64,000 bases of DNA from an uncultured archaeon. GTDB lineage: Archaea; Asgardarchaeota; Thorarchaeia; Thorarchaeales; Thorarchaeaceae. The DNA lies in assembly GCA_964610875.1 (NCBI GenBank), contig CAZSWP010000001.1, positions 32,001 through 96,000 of the forward strand, in the 5' to 3' direction. The notes below the pieces were generated by a model that was not told the DNA's origin, did not search any database, and was given only the letters and a program-made list of their open reading frames with translations. Position 1 is the stretch's first letter, and each line of letters opens with the position of its first letter. Below, piece after piece: positions 39,221-49,844 of this stretch. The position numbers were made by a program, and so were the translations under genes.

Positions 39221-39985
39221 TTGAATAATATGAGTGATGAACCACTACTAGGATCTGAAGAATTCACAGATGAATTTGATCTTGATATCGAAGGATTAGA
39301 CCAAGTGCGATATGCGGTGAAGCTTGATAATATGTCCAAGACTTATGAGTTGGGTAAAACCACGATAAAAGCACTTGACAAAATCTCTCTAACAGTAGGC
39401 CCTGGCGAAATCATTGTGGTGTCGGGACCTTCTGGATCAGGGAAAACAACTCTCCTCAACATAATTGGGGCAATAGACCATGCAACTGAAGGTAGAGTAT
39501 ATGTGATGGATGTTCCAATTGGAGATTATGATGAAGCCTTTCGAGCTACTTTCAGGTTATACAATACTGGATATATTTTCCAAAGCTATAATCTCATTTC
39601 CACATTGACTGCTATCGAGAATGTTATGTTCCCGATGCAATTGACTGAAAAGAGCGAGAAGGAACTACGTGGAGATGCAAAAATACTACTGGAGCGTGTT
39701 GGGATGCATGAACGGTTGGAACATCTACCATGGCAACTCAGTTCTGGGGAACAACAACGTGTGGCAATTGCACGTGCAATGGCTAATGATCCAGCCTTAA
39801 TTCTTGCAGATGAGCCAACTGCAAATCTTGATGCTGACACGGGACAGAGTATCATCTTGCTGCTTCAAGAGCTGAATAAGGCAGGCAAAACACTTGTTGT
39901 GATGACCCATGATGAGAGGATTCTATCTCTACCGTCTGTGCGTCATTTGCGTATACAAAATGGGGTGATGCAAGAAGATGTCTGA
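39221..39985 (+). CDS. ABC ATPase, LolD/MacB type
   Basis: GPSGSGKT, LSSGEQQR and ADEPTANLD motifs. Confidence 0.92.
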   Translation: MNNMSDEPLLGSEEFTDEFDLDIEGLDQVRYAVKLDNMSKTYELGKTTIKALDKISLTVGPGEIIVVSGPSGSGKTTLLNIIGAIDHATEGRVYVMDVPIGDYDEAFRATFRLYNTGYIFQSYNLISTLTAIENVMFPMQLTEKSEKELRGDAKILLERVGMHERLEHLPWQLSSGEQQRVAIARAMANDPALILADEPTANLDADTGQSIILLLQELNKAGKTLVVMTHDERILSLPSVRHLRIQNGVMQEDV

Positions 39986-41828
39986 ACAAGACTATGCATC
40001 CAAAGATCTCAAGCGCAGGCCATTCAGAACAACAATAATACTTCTCTCTCTTGTATCAGTTATAGCCGCAACAACATTTCTATTTCTCTTCTCTAGTATA
40101 TTATTAGATGTAACATCCTCTTTGACATCAACGGGAATCGCATCCGTTCTAGGTGTATTCTACGAAACATTCATGCTTGCCACTGTGCTGTTAGTTTTCA
40201 TTTTGGGAATCACAGTTGTGTCAAGCAATATCTCTCTTGAGATGGTGAGTAGACGAAAAGACATCGGTCTTATGAAATCAATAGGTACCCTCACAGATAC
40301 TATATTCGACCATTTCATGGCACAAGCTGTGATACTTATTCTAACAGGGATTGTTCTTGGTATTGCAATAGGAATAGTATTGTATTTTGTAGGATTGATA
40401 TGGCTTGCTTTCAGCATAACTGGAATCGAGTTTATCTTTAATTTTCCATGGATTCAGATTACTGTTCTAGCGATAATTCTTCTCATTGTCGGATACTTTG
40501 CGGCACAGAAGCCTATCTATGATGCGGTAAACGAATCCCCATCATCTTCCTTGAACCCTGATGTTGGAATGCGTATACAGAGATTTGGTTATCTTGATTC
40601 TTTCGGTCTGCCATTTCGTATTGCATCTAAATCAACAGGACGAAGAATAAAAGGAACACGGCGTACCCTCCTGACTCTATTTCTCAGTTTTGCCCTCGCT
40701 TCAACATTATGGATTGGTGGAGGAATAGTAGAATCAACAATGGATGGGTATGTTATCCGTTCTATGGGCTACAATGTTGTAGCAATAGGCCATCCGACAA
40801 TGCTTGAAGACTATTATGAAGCGTACAGTCTAACAGGAGAACGATTGAATGATTCATTCAGATATCTCGATAGCGAATATATGATTCCTAATACCCTTAT
40901 TGAAGAACTTGCTGGAGTTTCTGGAATAGATACAGTTGAATCACGATTAGTGGATTATACTACGGTTTCTGAAGGGGCAGCAATAATCTGGAATCCCACA
41001 CTTGAACAATATGAGAGAATAGGTGGGGATAGAGCAGATTCAGCGGCAGTTGTAGGTATCGACTTCGAACTGACCTTCTCTGATTGGTACTATGATGGAA
41101 GTGATGTCAATGATTCTCGAAGTGCTTGGATTGGTGGTAAGATGGCGAATGATTTGTATATCGATCCACTAATACAATCTGTAGGCGTACGTGGTACGAA
41201 CTTTGAGATTCGAGGTATTGCTTTTGAGGTTCTGAATGCAGGCATGATAACAATGCTGCCATTAAAGGCTATGCAAGATCTATATGAAATAGACGGAGTG
41301 AATTTAGTTCTAGTGCAGTTGGATTCATACTCCGAAAGTGTAATTTCAGCTATAGAAGAGCTTGCTGAAAACTACGGCTTTGGAATATATCGTCAACAGT
41401 CACTATTAGAATACAATTTGTCCATCATTTCTGCATATTGGAATCTGATACAACCAATACCAATTATGGCATTGATTAGTGCATTTCTTAGTTTGATGTA
41501 TTATCTTCTGATATCCGTCTTTGGAAGATTTAGAGATTACGTGATCATGAGATCTATAGGTGCAAAACCAATATTCATAGCAAAAACAATGGTTGCTGAA
41601 GGATTGGACATTGGGTTGAAAGCAGGTATTCCTGCAGTATTGTTTTCAGTTGTTTTCAGTGTGTACTTCTTAGTTCCAGAGGCTTCTGTATTATCACTAC
41701 TTTACCTGCCATTGTCTATAATCTCGATACTTGGTATTCTTGTCCTTGTGCTTGTACTCTCAGCCATACCTGTATACATGATATTTGCAAGTAGAAGTGA
41801 TCTACGAGTATCAGAATTTGCGGTCTAG
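39978..41828 (+). CDS. FtsX/MacB-like ABC permease
   Basis: RRKDIGLMKSIG and RDYVIMRSIGA FtsX motifs; large extracellular domain. Confidence 0.88.
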   Translation: MSEQDYASKDLKRRPFRTTIILLSLVSVIAATTFLFLFSSILLDVTSSLTSTGIASVLGVFYETFMLATVLLVFILGITVVSSNISLEMVSRRKDIGLMKSIGTLTDTIFDHFMAQAVILILTGIVLGIAIGIVLYFVGLIWLAFSITGIEFIFNFPWIQITVLAIILLIVGYFAAQKPIYDAVNESPSSSLNPDVGMRIQRFGYLDSFGLPFRIASKSTGRRIKGTRRTLLTLFLSFALASTLWIGGGIVESTMDGYVIRSMGYNVVAIGHPTMLEDYYEAYSLTGERLNDSFRYLDSEYMIPNTLIEELAGVSGIDTVESRLVDYTTVSEGAAIIWNPTLEQYERIGGDRADSAAVVGIDFELTFSDWYYDGSDVNDSRSAWIGGKMANDLYIDPLIQSVGVRGTNFEIRGIAFEVLNAGMITMLPLKAMQDLYEIDGVNLVLVQLDSYSESVISAIEELAENYGFGIYRQQSLLEYNLSIISAYWNLIQPIPIMALISAFLSLMYYLLISVFGRFRDYVIMRSIGAKPIFIAKTMVAEGLDIGLKAGIPAVLFSVVFSVYFLVPEASVLSLLYLPLSIISILGILVLVLVLSAIPVYMIFASRSDLRVSEFAV

Positions 41829-41878
41829 GGGAATATTCTTTAGAATTCCCCTCCGCGAATCATCATGGATGATTCCCC

Positions 41879-43546
41879 ATGACAGAAGATATACATGAAG
41901 AAGAATTCTCAATACACTGGATTGAGGACGTTGTTCAGAGCGTACTGGAAAGAGACGAAGACGAATACTTGATATCAACTGGTAAGAGTCCGAGTGGAAG
42001 TATTCACATAGGCATCATGAGAGAGATAATCATCTCTGATGTAATCAAACGTAAGATTCTGAAGATGGGGAAAAAGGCACGCACAATGTTCGTTGTTGAT
42101 GACTATGATCCTTTGAGGTCTCTACCTCCTTCTGTAAATCTCGATTTGAATGAATGGGCGGGTATTCCCTACTCTGATGTTCCTGATCCCTTTGGATGTT
42201 GTGAGAGTTTTGGAGCTCACTGGGCAAATGAACTTGTAGCGTCTTTCAACGAGTTTGGTGTAAATCCTGAGGTTGTGTATACCAGTATAATCTACACAAC
42301 TTCGGAGATGCAGAAAGCAGTGCGAATTTGCTTACAACACACTGAAACAATACGTGAAATAATGATCGAATATGTTGCAAAGGATTTCAACGAGAAACAG
42401 AAAGCAATGTATATTGAAACAATGAAAACATGGTACCCTGCATCAGTAGTGTGTCCCAAATGCGGCCGACTGCAATCTGGCGTGAAAGGAGAGATCAGAC
42501 CAAATCGTATCACAGATTACGATTCAGAAAAGGATTTGATAACATTTGAATGCCATGCATGTGGTCATAGTGATACTCTTCCTCTAGACCAGGTCAGAGT
42601 GAAGCTCACATGGCGCATTGATTGGCCTGCAAAATGGTATGTGTATCATGTTTCATGTGAACCCGCTGGAAAAGACCACTCAGTAAAAGGTGGTTCTTAT
42701 GATACGGGATTGGAAGTTTCCAGACGTGTCTTTGATTGGCCAGGCCCAGTAAAGGTGCCCTATGAGTGGGTACGAATTGGTGGGCGTGATATGAGTACTT
42801 CAGAAGGAATCGTTTTCATTCCCAAAACATGGCTTTTGATAGCTCCCCCTGAGCTATACAGATTCCTCATGTTGAAAACAGACCTTGCACGAGCAATCAA
42901 TATTCAACCAGATAGGATTCCAGACATGATCGATGAATATGAACGATTTGAAAGAACCTACTATGGTCTAGAGGATGTGGATGATGAAAGACTTATGCTT
43001 TCAAAGACACTCTATCCTCTGTGTGTACAGAATGAGGTTTCTGAGGAATACATACCAAAGCTTTCCTTCAAATTCGCAGTAGTTCTAGGACAACTTAAAG
43101 ATGTATTAGGATTAGATGTTGTTATCGAAAAATGTAAAGAAGTCATGCGTAAGCAATACAACATTAGTGAAATCCCTAAAGCTTCTATGGACCTCATTCC
43201 AATTCGATTGGAGAGAGCAAGAAACTGGGTCAAGATGTTTGGCTCTACTCGTGATCAAATAGAAGTCCACGAAGAGATTCCTGACACGATTCTTTCCACT
43301 TTCAAAGAGGAGGATAAGACATTCCTTAGAGATTTTGCAAATGCATTGAAAAATGGACCCCTTGATGATGAAGAGATACAAGCTCAAATATTTGAAACTG
43401 CAAGAAATGCCGGGATAAAAGACAGACGGGCTTTTATTGCATTGTATCGTCTTCTCATTTCAAGTAAGAGTGGTCCTCGTCTTGGACCATTTCTAAATCT
43501 ATTGGGACTCGATTGGGTCATAAAGAGAATCGAAAGGGTCCTCTGA
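41879..43546 (+). CDS. lysS: Class I lysyl-tRNA synthetase
   Basis: PSGSIHIG, KLTWRIDWP, EPAGKDH, MSTSEG and SGPRLG motifs. Confidence 0.97.
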   Translation: MTEDIHEEEFSIHWIEDVVQSVLERDEDEYLISTGKSPSGSIHIGIMREIIISDVIKRKILKMGKKARTMFVVDDYDPLRSLPPSVNLDLNEWAGIPYSDVPDPFGCCESFGAHWANELVASFNEFGVNPEVVYTSIIYTTSEMQKAVRICLQHTETIREIMIEYVAKDFNEKQKAMYIETMKTWYPASVVCPKCGRLQSGVKGEIRPNRITDYDSEKDLITFECHACGHSDTLPLDQVRVKLTWRIDWPAKWYVYHVSCEPAGKDHSVKGGSYDTGLEVSRRVFDWPGPVKVPYEWVRIGGRDMSTSEGIVFIPKTWLLIAPPELYRFLMLKTDLARAINIQPDRIPDMIDEYERFERTYYGLEDVDDERLMLSKTLYPLCVQNEVSEEYIPKLSFKFAVVLGQLKDVLGLDVVIEKCKEVMRKQYNISEIPKASMDLIPIRLERARNWVKMFGSTRDQIEVHEEIPDTILSTFKEEDKTFLRDFANALKNGPLDDEEIQAQIFETARNAGIKDRRAFIALYRLLISSKSGPRLGPFLNLLGLDWVIKRIERVL

Positions 43547-43571
43547 TTGAGGAGGTATATACCTCCCTCAA
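43547..43571. repeat. Palindrome immediately after the lysS stop
   Basis: GGAGGTATATACCTCC (43551-43566), extendable by TTGA/TCAA with one bulge. Confidence 0.6.
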
Positions 43572-43630
43572 CAGCTTTATTAACACTCCAAAGATGCCGA
43601 CGGCTAAGTCTATAGGTTTGAGTGAATTAG

Positions 43631-44362
43631 ATGTTAGGTGCTTTACGAGAAAGATACCAGAAAATTATGAACCCTGTTGGGAGAATATTAGCCAAGACTG
43701 GCATCACTCCCAACATGATTACAGGTTTAACCGTCATGGTGGCAATAGTAAGCACCTATTTCTTCTATTTAGGTGACCTTCTAATTGGACTTGGATTCAT
43801 GATTTTGACAGTCGTTATGGACATGTTTGATGGTGCTGTAGCGAGAGCCTCTAATCTTGCATCTCCCTTTGGTGCAACTTTCGATCACACACTAGATCGA
43901 TATGCTGAATATTTCTTCATGCTTGGTCTAATGTCAGGACCAACAGTAATCGTTACTATCTCTTGGTGGCCATATTCTGTTGGTGATAGCTTTGTCCCGT
44001 GGTTCTGGGGATTCTTTACTCTCTTTGGCATGATAATGGCAAGTTTCTCAAGAGCAAAGGCTGAATCTGTAGGAGGGATGGATGATTGTGCTGTTGGCAT
44101 TGCTGAAAGGCAAGAGAAGTTAATACTAACTATTGCTGGAATCCTCTTGCTGGCGATTCCTGAAACAAACATTTGGGTCGACTTTTTACAATTAATCTCG
44201 ACCTCTATTGTTGACTTCTTTGTTCTAATTGATATCACCAACATTCTGACCGTATGCATTGTAATAGCTGGTATATTATCTCACATCACTGTTGCTCAAA
44301 GACTATTGTATGCTCGGAAGATGATTGTTGGTTCGGAGAGTGATTCACCCTCAGATGTATGA
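43631..44362 (+). CDS. CDP-alcohol phosphatidyltransferase (archaetidylinositol-phosphate synthase-like)
   Basis: DMFDGAVAR...FGATFDHTLDR, SFSRAKAES and GIAERQE motifs. Confidence 0.88.
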   Translation: MLGALRERYQKIMNPVGRILAKTGITPNMITGLTVMVAIVSTYFFYLGDLLIGLGFMILTVVMDMFDGAVARASNLASPFGATFDHTLDRYAEYFFMLGLMSGPTVIVTISWWPYSVGDSFVPWFWGFFTLFGMIMASFSRAKAESVGGMDDCAVGIAERQEKLILTIAGILLLAIPETNIWVDFLQLISTSIVDFFVLIDITNILTVCIVIAGILSHITVAQRLLYARKMIVGSESDSPSDV

Positions 44363-45266
44363 TGTAACAGTAATTGGGAACCCGCTCTATAGTACAATTC
44401 GTACTCCCACCTTTAGCTCTCAAGGTCGTATTCTTAGTGGCTCTAGTCCTATGATTTCAAGAATACTCGTAGAGATTGGCGTAGAGCAATTTGTGATGGC
44501 TGGCTCAATATCCAATCAATTCCGTGATAATCTAGCTAATGACCTCTACTCATGGAATATACCCGAATTTCTGGCTATTGAAAATGACAACACTGCAGGA
44601 TTTGACATAGTTTGCAAAAACGGTGTTGAGGAAAAAATCGCTCTTATAGATCCAGGAAAAAAACTCGGCATCAAAGAGATTCCTGATGAATTTCTTGATA
44701 CCAAATATATTGTAATAGTGCCCGAGTTTCAAGAGATTGACTATGAATTCGTGAAGTGGGTTTCAAACACGACTAGTGGAAAAATAGTGCTTGATCCATT
44801 AGGAATGATGCGCAAAGCGGGCTCTGATGGGCTAGTTAGTACAAAAATTGATGAAAGCTTGTTGGAGAAGTTGGCGCGGCGCGTGGATACAATGTACCTG
44901 CGATATTCATTCTGGAACGCAATCGATGATGATCCTCTTCTTGTTGCAGAAAGAATTGTTGAATGTGGTTCACAATTATCAATAGTTGGCATTCCAAGAG
45001 AAGGAAATGTTGTATACGATGGGAGTGATTTTATAGTTTCTCCTCTTTCAGCAGAGTCAGTCAATAATGGTCTCTACACAGATAGTGCTTTTTTGGGCAC
45101 ATTTGTTGCTGCATCTTTGAGAAGCAATGACCTAATTGATAATGTGGCTCTGTCATCTAGTGTTTCCAGTCTTATATCTGAACAAGAATGTAATTCATTT
45201 AAAATTGATACTGAAAGCGCACAGAGAAGAAAAGCACAAGTCATCAATGAGTTAGTCATCAAGTGA
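44355..45266 (+). CDS. Divergent PfkB/ribokinase-like protein with a degenerate GAGD motif
   Basis: DVTVIGN, LDPLGMMR, GNVVYDG; GLYTDSAF where GAGDAF is expected. Confidence 0.6.
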   Translation: MYDVTVIGNPLYSTIRTPTFSSQGRILSGSSPMISRILVEIGVEQFVMAGSISNQFRDNLANDLYSWNIPEFLAIENDNTAGFDIVCKNGVEEKIALIDPGKKLGIKEIPDEFLDTKYIVIVPEFQEIDYEFVKWVSNTTSGKIVLDPLGMMRKAGSDGLVSTKIDESLLEKLARRVDTMYLRYSFWNAIDDDPLLVAERIVECGSQLSIVGIPREGNVVYDGSDFIVSPLSAESVNNGLYTDSAFLGTFVAASLRSNDLIDNVALSSSVSSLISEQECNSFKIDTESAQRRKAQVINELVIK

Positions 45267-45272
45267 GTATAA

Positions 45273-45635
45273 TTAATCAGTCAGGTCAAATACACTTTTC
45301 ATAGTGTGTGTTAGGAATCTTTTAGCTTCTTTCATAGCTTCTTTTCCCCTTTCGGTTATCTCATAGTATTTTCGTGTTGATTCTGCCTGTTCTTGTTCTT
45401 GAATCAATCCATCTTTTTGTAAGCGGTATATTATAGCATAGCCACTTACTGTTGCTGGTGAAAACCCGAAACGTGCAGTAACTAGCTCTTTAATCTCATA
45501 TCCATAATGAGGCCTTTCTTGGAGCAATCTTAGTATGTAAATCCAAAGCATCTCCTTTGTTAATTTATTCACCAGTCTATGCATTGCTTTGGCCTGGTCA
45601 TCAGGTTCCACACTTAATTTATCGCTCATCTTCAA
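45273..45635 (-). CDS. PadR family regulator
   Basis: PHYGYEI and RKYYEITERG motifs. Confidence 0.92.
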   Translation of the reverse strand: MKMSDKLSVEPDDQAKAMHRLVNKLTKEMLWIYILRLLQERPHYGYEIKELVTARFGFSPATVSGYAIIYRLQKDGLIQEQEQAESTRKYYEITERGKEAMKEAKRFLTHTMKSVFDLTD

Positions 45636-46221
45636 TTAACCTCTCAATTCTTGCTACCATCGTTGCAATACAATGACTCCCAAGATATTTCATTGACCCC
45701 AGTGAAATTCTCTCAATCTCAAATGAATCAAAGATCTCTTCAGTCTTAGAATCGAAGCCACGATGGTCTCCAAGCATAAAACTGTTCTGTGAAGCGATAT
45801 CAATGATGTCAGAGTAAAAAGGTTGTCCTTCTTCATGAAGAATATACAAATTCCCTGTTTCCTGAAGGAACCTAATTAGAGTGATTAGATCCATTCTCTT
45901 AACAGACATGAATTCCCTATCATTGCCATCAAGTACATCCTTGATATAAGCTGCCCAGTCCCTTTCCCCAATTATTTCTTCAGTAGGATGCCTGAATGTC
46001 AGCAGCAATTCATTCTGTATTAAAGCCATGACTTCGATTTTCTGTTGACTGTAGAAGCATCTTCCCCAAGAAAAACCCGCAGCAAGACAGCGACATAACA
46101 CATCAATTCGTTTCCCTGAACCTGGAAGGTCCTTTAAAGAAAAATTACCATCTGTTCCCATTTCAGGAAATACTATGATAAACCGCAATACACCGGATGG
46201 AACTGTCATTTGGCCTACCAT
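45619..46221 (-). CDS. trmY: tRNA pseudouridine-54 N1-methyltransferase (SPOUT)
   Basis: FSLKDLPGSGKRIDVLCR, LHEEG, FMLGDHRG, ISLG and SHCI motifs. Confidence 0.85.
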   Translation of the reverse strand: MVGQMTVPSGVLRFIIVFPEMGTDGNFSLKDLPGSGKRIDVLCRCLAAGFSWGRCFYSQQKIEVMALIQNELLLTFRHPTEEIIGERDWAAYIKDVLDGNDREFMSVKRMDLITLIRFLQETGNLYILHEEGQPFYSDIIDIASQNSFMLGDHRGFDSKTEEIFDSFEIERISLGSMKYLGSHCIATMVARIERLIEDER

Positions 46222-46295
46222 CTAAAGGTTTAGTTCAAGTGGAAATGAGCATTTACAAACGTATTGATAGACATCGTGAAGCGTAATCGGGAGTG

Positions 46296-46571
46296 TTACT
46301 CGTCTCTTCTATCGGAAGCCTGACGAATCTGTACTTTTCCAGTATGCACTGCACAACTAATGCAATATGTCTGTGTGATTATTTTTGTAGGTATAAATGC
46401 ACCATCTTTTCGAAGTTCTCTTGCAAGCTGTGGGTCCACTGCCGAAATACGTCTAGTTCTGCGCTTTGCTTTGTCTGCAGGGATAATTCGTCCACATTTT
46501 GAACATTGAACTGTTTTCGATTTTCCTTTTCGGCCTTTGCTACGGCCACCAGATTTTCTTTTTTTTGCCAC
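46296..46571 (-). CDS. rps26e: Ribosomal protein eS26 (GTG start at 46571)
   Basis: KKRKSGGRSKG, VQCSKCGR.IP.DKA and YCISCAVH motifs. Confidence 0.95.
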   Translation of the reverse strand: MAKKRKSGGRSKGRKGKSKTVQCSKCGRIIPADKAKRRTRRISAVDPQLARELRKDGAFIPTKIITQTYCISCAVHTGKVQIRQASDRRDE

Positions 46572-46644
46572 TTGTTTTCTCCACCGGATTATGGGTTTCA
46601 ACCGCGCCTGACAGGGTGACCTTAAAATCTTGTTCCTAACGTTG

Positions 46645-47715
46645 TTATTTCCAGTAGCTAGACACGAGTTCTAGCACTTTGTTGATTATTTCTGAGTTCG
46701 CCTGCCGCAAGTGTTCAAAAATATCTCTTTCAATCTGATCTTCGAATTTTGGTTTCTTTTCATCCAAGAGACCCATCATATACGCTGCAATACTTGGTCC
46801 TAATGCTAATGGATTGTATCCCCCTTCAAGTACTGAGAAGGAACCTATAGCAGAGACTCTCTCTGTTAAATTGTTGACTGTTTTGCCAAGCAGCCAAAAT
46901 GTACGACTATCCACATTCATGTTTCCAATCGGGTCTGAATAGTGTGGATCAAAACCAGCTGATACACCAATAAGATCCGGTTGAAAAGATATTACTGCTG
47001 GTACAATTATTCTCTCAATTGCTTCTTTGTAGGAAACATCATGTGTGTCATCAATCATTGGTATGTTTATGTTAGTACCCTTGGCTTGTCCAAATCCAAT
47101 CTCTTCATAGTGCCCGGTCCCAAAATTCTCATAATCGTATTCGTGGATGCTGATATATTGGACATTTGGATTGGCATAGAAAATTTCTGCTGTTCCATTT
47201 CCGAAATGGTCATCAAAATCAATAATAGATACTTTATTCACACGTTTGTCTTCTAATATTGAATTTGTTGCAATTGCTATATTGTTGAAATAACAGAGCC
47301 CTGCAGGGGTTGAGGTTGTTGCATGATGCCCTGGTGGTCGCAATAAAGAGAATGAATGCTTTGCAGATTCTTTAGTAACAACATTTGCCGCGTCAATAGC
47401 ACCACCCGCTGAGATGATTGCTGATCTATATAGGTCCGGACTAGCAAACGCTGATTCCCCTACTTGCCCGCTGCCTATACTTGACATAAGACGAATTGAA
47501 TCTAGGAGGTATTCAGAATGAACTTTTAGAATGTCCTCCTTTTTTGCTCGGGTTGCTTTTTTCATCTGTACCTTCACTAGAACTTCCACTCGTTCAAGAA
47601 ACCGTTCTACCATTTGAATTCTCAATGGATTCTCAAACGACTCAAGATGAGGTCTAGGAAACGGTGTGGTATGCAAGAGCGATTTTGGATGATGTAGAAC
47701 AACGAGTTTCTGCAA
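46645..47715 (-). CDS. Histone deacetylase family (Zn-dependent deacylase); start approximate
   Basis: RPPGHHA, GLCYFNN, DFDDHFGNG, SAGFD and LEGGY motifs. Confidence 0.92.
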   Translation of the reverse strand: MQKLVVLHHPKSLLHTTPFPRPHLESFENPLRIQMVERFLERVEVLVKVQMKKATRAKKEDILKVHSEYLLDSIRLMSSIGSGQVGESAFASPDLYRSAIISAGGAIDAANVVTKESAKHSFSLLRPPGHHATTSTPAGLCYFNNIAIATNSILEDKRVNKVSIIDFDDHFGNGTAEIFYANPNVQYISIHEYDYENFGTGHYEEIGFGQAKGTNINIPMIDDTHDVSYKEAIERIIVPAVISFQPDLIGVSAGFDPHYSDPIGNMNVDSRTFWLLGKTVNNLTERVSAIGSFSVLEGGYNPLALGPSIAAYMMGLLDEKKPKFEDQIERDIFEHLRQANSEIINKVLELVSSYWK

Positions 47716-47725
47716 CCTGACACAC

Positions 47726-49207
47726 TCAAGTTTTCTGATGACTTGATACTTTATCACTCCTTCCTTTAAAGGAGAACTCAGGTTCAATTTGAAGAATATA
47801 TAGACTCAATGTATTCAGTACACGTGCAGAAACATCGCTATGTGTTGTCAATTCAAGTCCGCTTATTTTGTCAGCTGAAATAACATGATTAGTGAAATGC
47901 CATGCATTGGTCCATTCCCTGTCTTGGACCGACCAGAGATGCCCTTCCTTCTCGAACACATTTTGGTGTGCTTCTCTGAATCTTTTCTCACCCTCACCAA
48001 TTCCAATGGGTGGTCCCCTACGTTTGAATGTCTTTTCAATATCGGGTGTTTCCACCATAAGTCCTAGGGCAAACCGATTTCTCTCAAAATATAATTCAAA
48101 CAATGCTTTACCAAATCGTGTTTCGCCAGTGTTTTCTTTTTCTAATGAAGACACTATTTTGTTCCCAAGACTGTAGAGTTTGTCTCTAATAACAGTATAG
48201 TGATAGGACCCATCTGAAAGGAATTCATATGCCTTGGAATGCTTAGCAGTAAGTCCTTTTAGTGGTGTTTTCGGGACCGGTCTTTCGATGACCATATTTA
48301 TGACATCGTCCCATTTTTTTCTGTTTATGGATTCAATTAGTAAAGATGTTCTAATCTTTAGCCATGAATAACATCGTGGGTCAAAACTTGATGCAGCATT
48401 TCTGTTTGGATCTGTGGGGTCGATAATAAATAGATGGTCGTCTTTGAATGCATCAATTGTTCTTAATAATGAAATATCTCTCTCTAGAGGATCGATTGGA
48501 TTGTTGTACAGAGATGATAATCTGTGGAGGGCAGGCATAATTTCTCTCTCATTGATGATCAGCATCTCTAGAGTGTATCCAGTGAATCCCATTCTACCTA
48601 TGGCGCATGCATCACCATAGACATGTGATGCACGTACAAATGACTTTAAGATTCTCACATCATTTCTTTGTCTTTCAGATATCCTCTCTACTACCCATCT
48701 AGTGTGGTGAATTGTTCTATCAACTGCAGTAATTGGGCCATTCCGCAACAGGTCTTCAGGTGATATAGAGAAACATAGAACGATGTCAACATCGATCTCG
48801 TTTAGTACCAGTGTAAGATACGGATGTTGTGAATATGTCTTTCTTACCAGTGTAGGATTGAGTTTATCAATCGCAGGTTTTATCCAATTCTCAATATGTC
48901 CATCTAGTAATGTACTGATTTCTTGGTTTTCTAGAAGAGTTTTCCCGTCATTTACAACTCCATATTCTTCCGGTGAGAGGGCAATGAAAAGATCAATGTC
49001 TCCAGCGTTTCTTAGCTGTGTCTGCTTTTTTCCCGTTGATCCCTGTGGCTCAATGAATTGATATGATATTCCCTTTTCTAGAGCTTCTGTTTCTAGTACT
49101 TCTACAAGACTATTGATAGTCTCCTTTTGCAATTCTATCTCTTGAGGAGTAGGAATTATTTGTAATAGGATGTTTTCCCGTATTTCTATTTCCAAAGCTC
49201 TGTCCAA
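47726..49207 (-). CDS. cca: Archaeal CCA-adding enzyme
   Basis: GSTGKKQTQL...DIDLF, QHPY, DIV, TAVDRT, GFTGY and DPTDPNRNAA motifs. Confidence 0.9.
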   Translation of the reverse strand: MDRALEIEIRENILLQIIPTPQEIELQKETINSLVEVLETEALEKGISYQFIEPQGSTGKKQTQLRNAGDIDLFIALSPEEYGVVNDGKTLLENQEISTLLDGHIENWIKPAIDKLNPTLVRKTYSQHPYLTLVLNEIDVDIVLCFSISPEDLLRNGPITAVDRTIHHTRWVVERISERQRNDVRILKSFVRASHVYGDACAIGRMGFTGYTLEMLIINEREIMPALHRLSSLYNNPIDPLERDISLLRTIDAFKDDHLFIIDPTDPNRNAASSFDPRCYSWLKIRTSLLIESINRKKWDDVINMVIERPVPKTPLKGLTAKHSKAYEFLSDGSYHYTVIRDKLYSLGNKIVSSLEKENTGETRFGKALFELYFERNRFALGLMVETPDIEKTFKRRGPPIGIGEGEKRFREAHQNVFEKEGHLWSVQDREWTNAWHFTNHVISADKISGLELTTHSDVSARVLNTLSLYILQIEPEFSFKGRSDKVSSHQKT

Positions 49208-49346
49208 AGTATACGCCTATAGAACATGAACCGCACAGGGCTATGAACTTTGGCGTTGCTAGAGGTAAAGGACACCATCTTTAAGGGAATGAGAAGAAAC
49301 AACTAACCTAGTCGATTTGTAGAACATTAGATGGAAAGTATCGAGC

Positions 49347-49844
49347 ATGTCAAAAATAATCACTATCGCTATTACTATCCTAAGACACAAAGGATGTTAT
49401 CTCTTTCTGAAGAGGAGAAATGCACCTTATGAAAATCTATGGAGCCTTGTGGGAGGGAAAGTAAATCTTGGGGAGCATCTATCCTTCGCAGCGGTACGTG
49501 AGATAAAGGAAGAAACTGGAGCTAAGCATGTGGAAGATTACAGGTTGCAATCTATAATTTCTGAAAGGCTCGTTGATCCAAAAGGAGAATTAGAAGCTCA
49601 TTTCATAATATTCTTGGGCAGTGCAACCATCTCTAATTTTTCCGAGGAACACAGAGAAGGAGATTTAGAAACATTTACCAAACAAGGTATCGTGGATAAC
49701 TCAGATGATTTTCTACCTTCGGATCTTGAGATGTTTTTGCGCTTTGTTGATAATACACATCATTGTATTGCATATCACGAAGCCGAATTACTCAGAAACG
49801 GGAGTGAGTACAGATTACAGTACTATAGAGAGGGACACATTTGA
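49347..49844 (+). CDS. NUDIX hydrolase
   Basis: GGKVNLGE...AAVREIKEETG Nudix box. Confidence 0.92.
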   Translation: MSKIITIAITILRHKGCYLFLKRRNAPYENLWSLVGGKVNLGEHLSFAAVREIKEETGAKHVEDYRLQSIISERLVDPKGELEAHFIIFLGSATISNFSEEHREGDLETFTKQGIVDNSDDFLPSDLEMFLRFVDNTHHCIAYHEAELLRNGSEYRLQYYREGHI

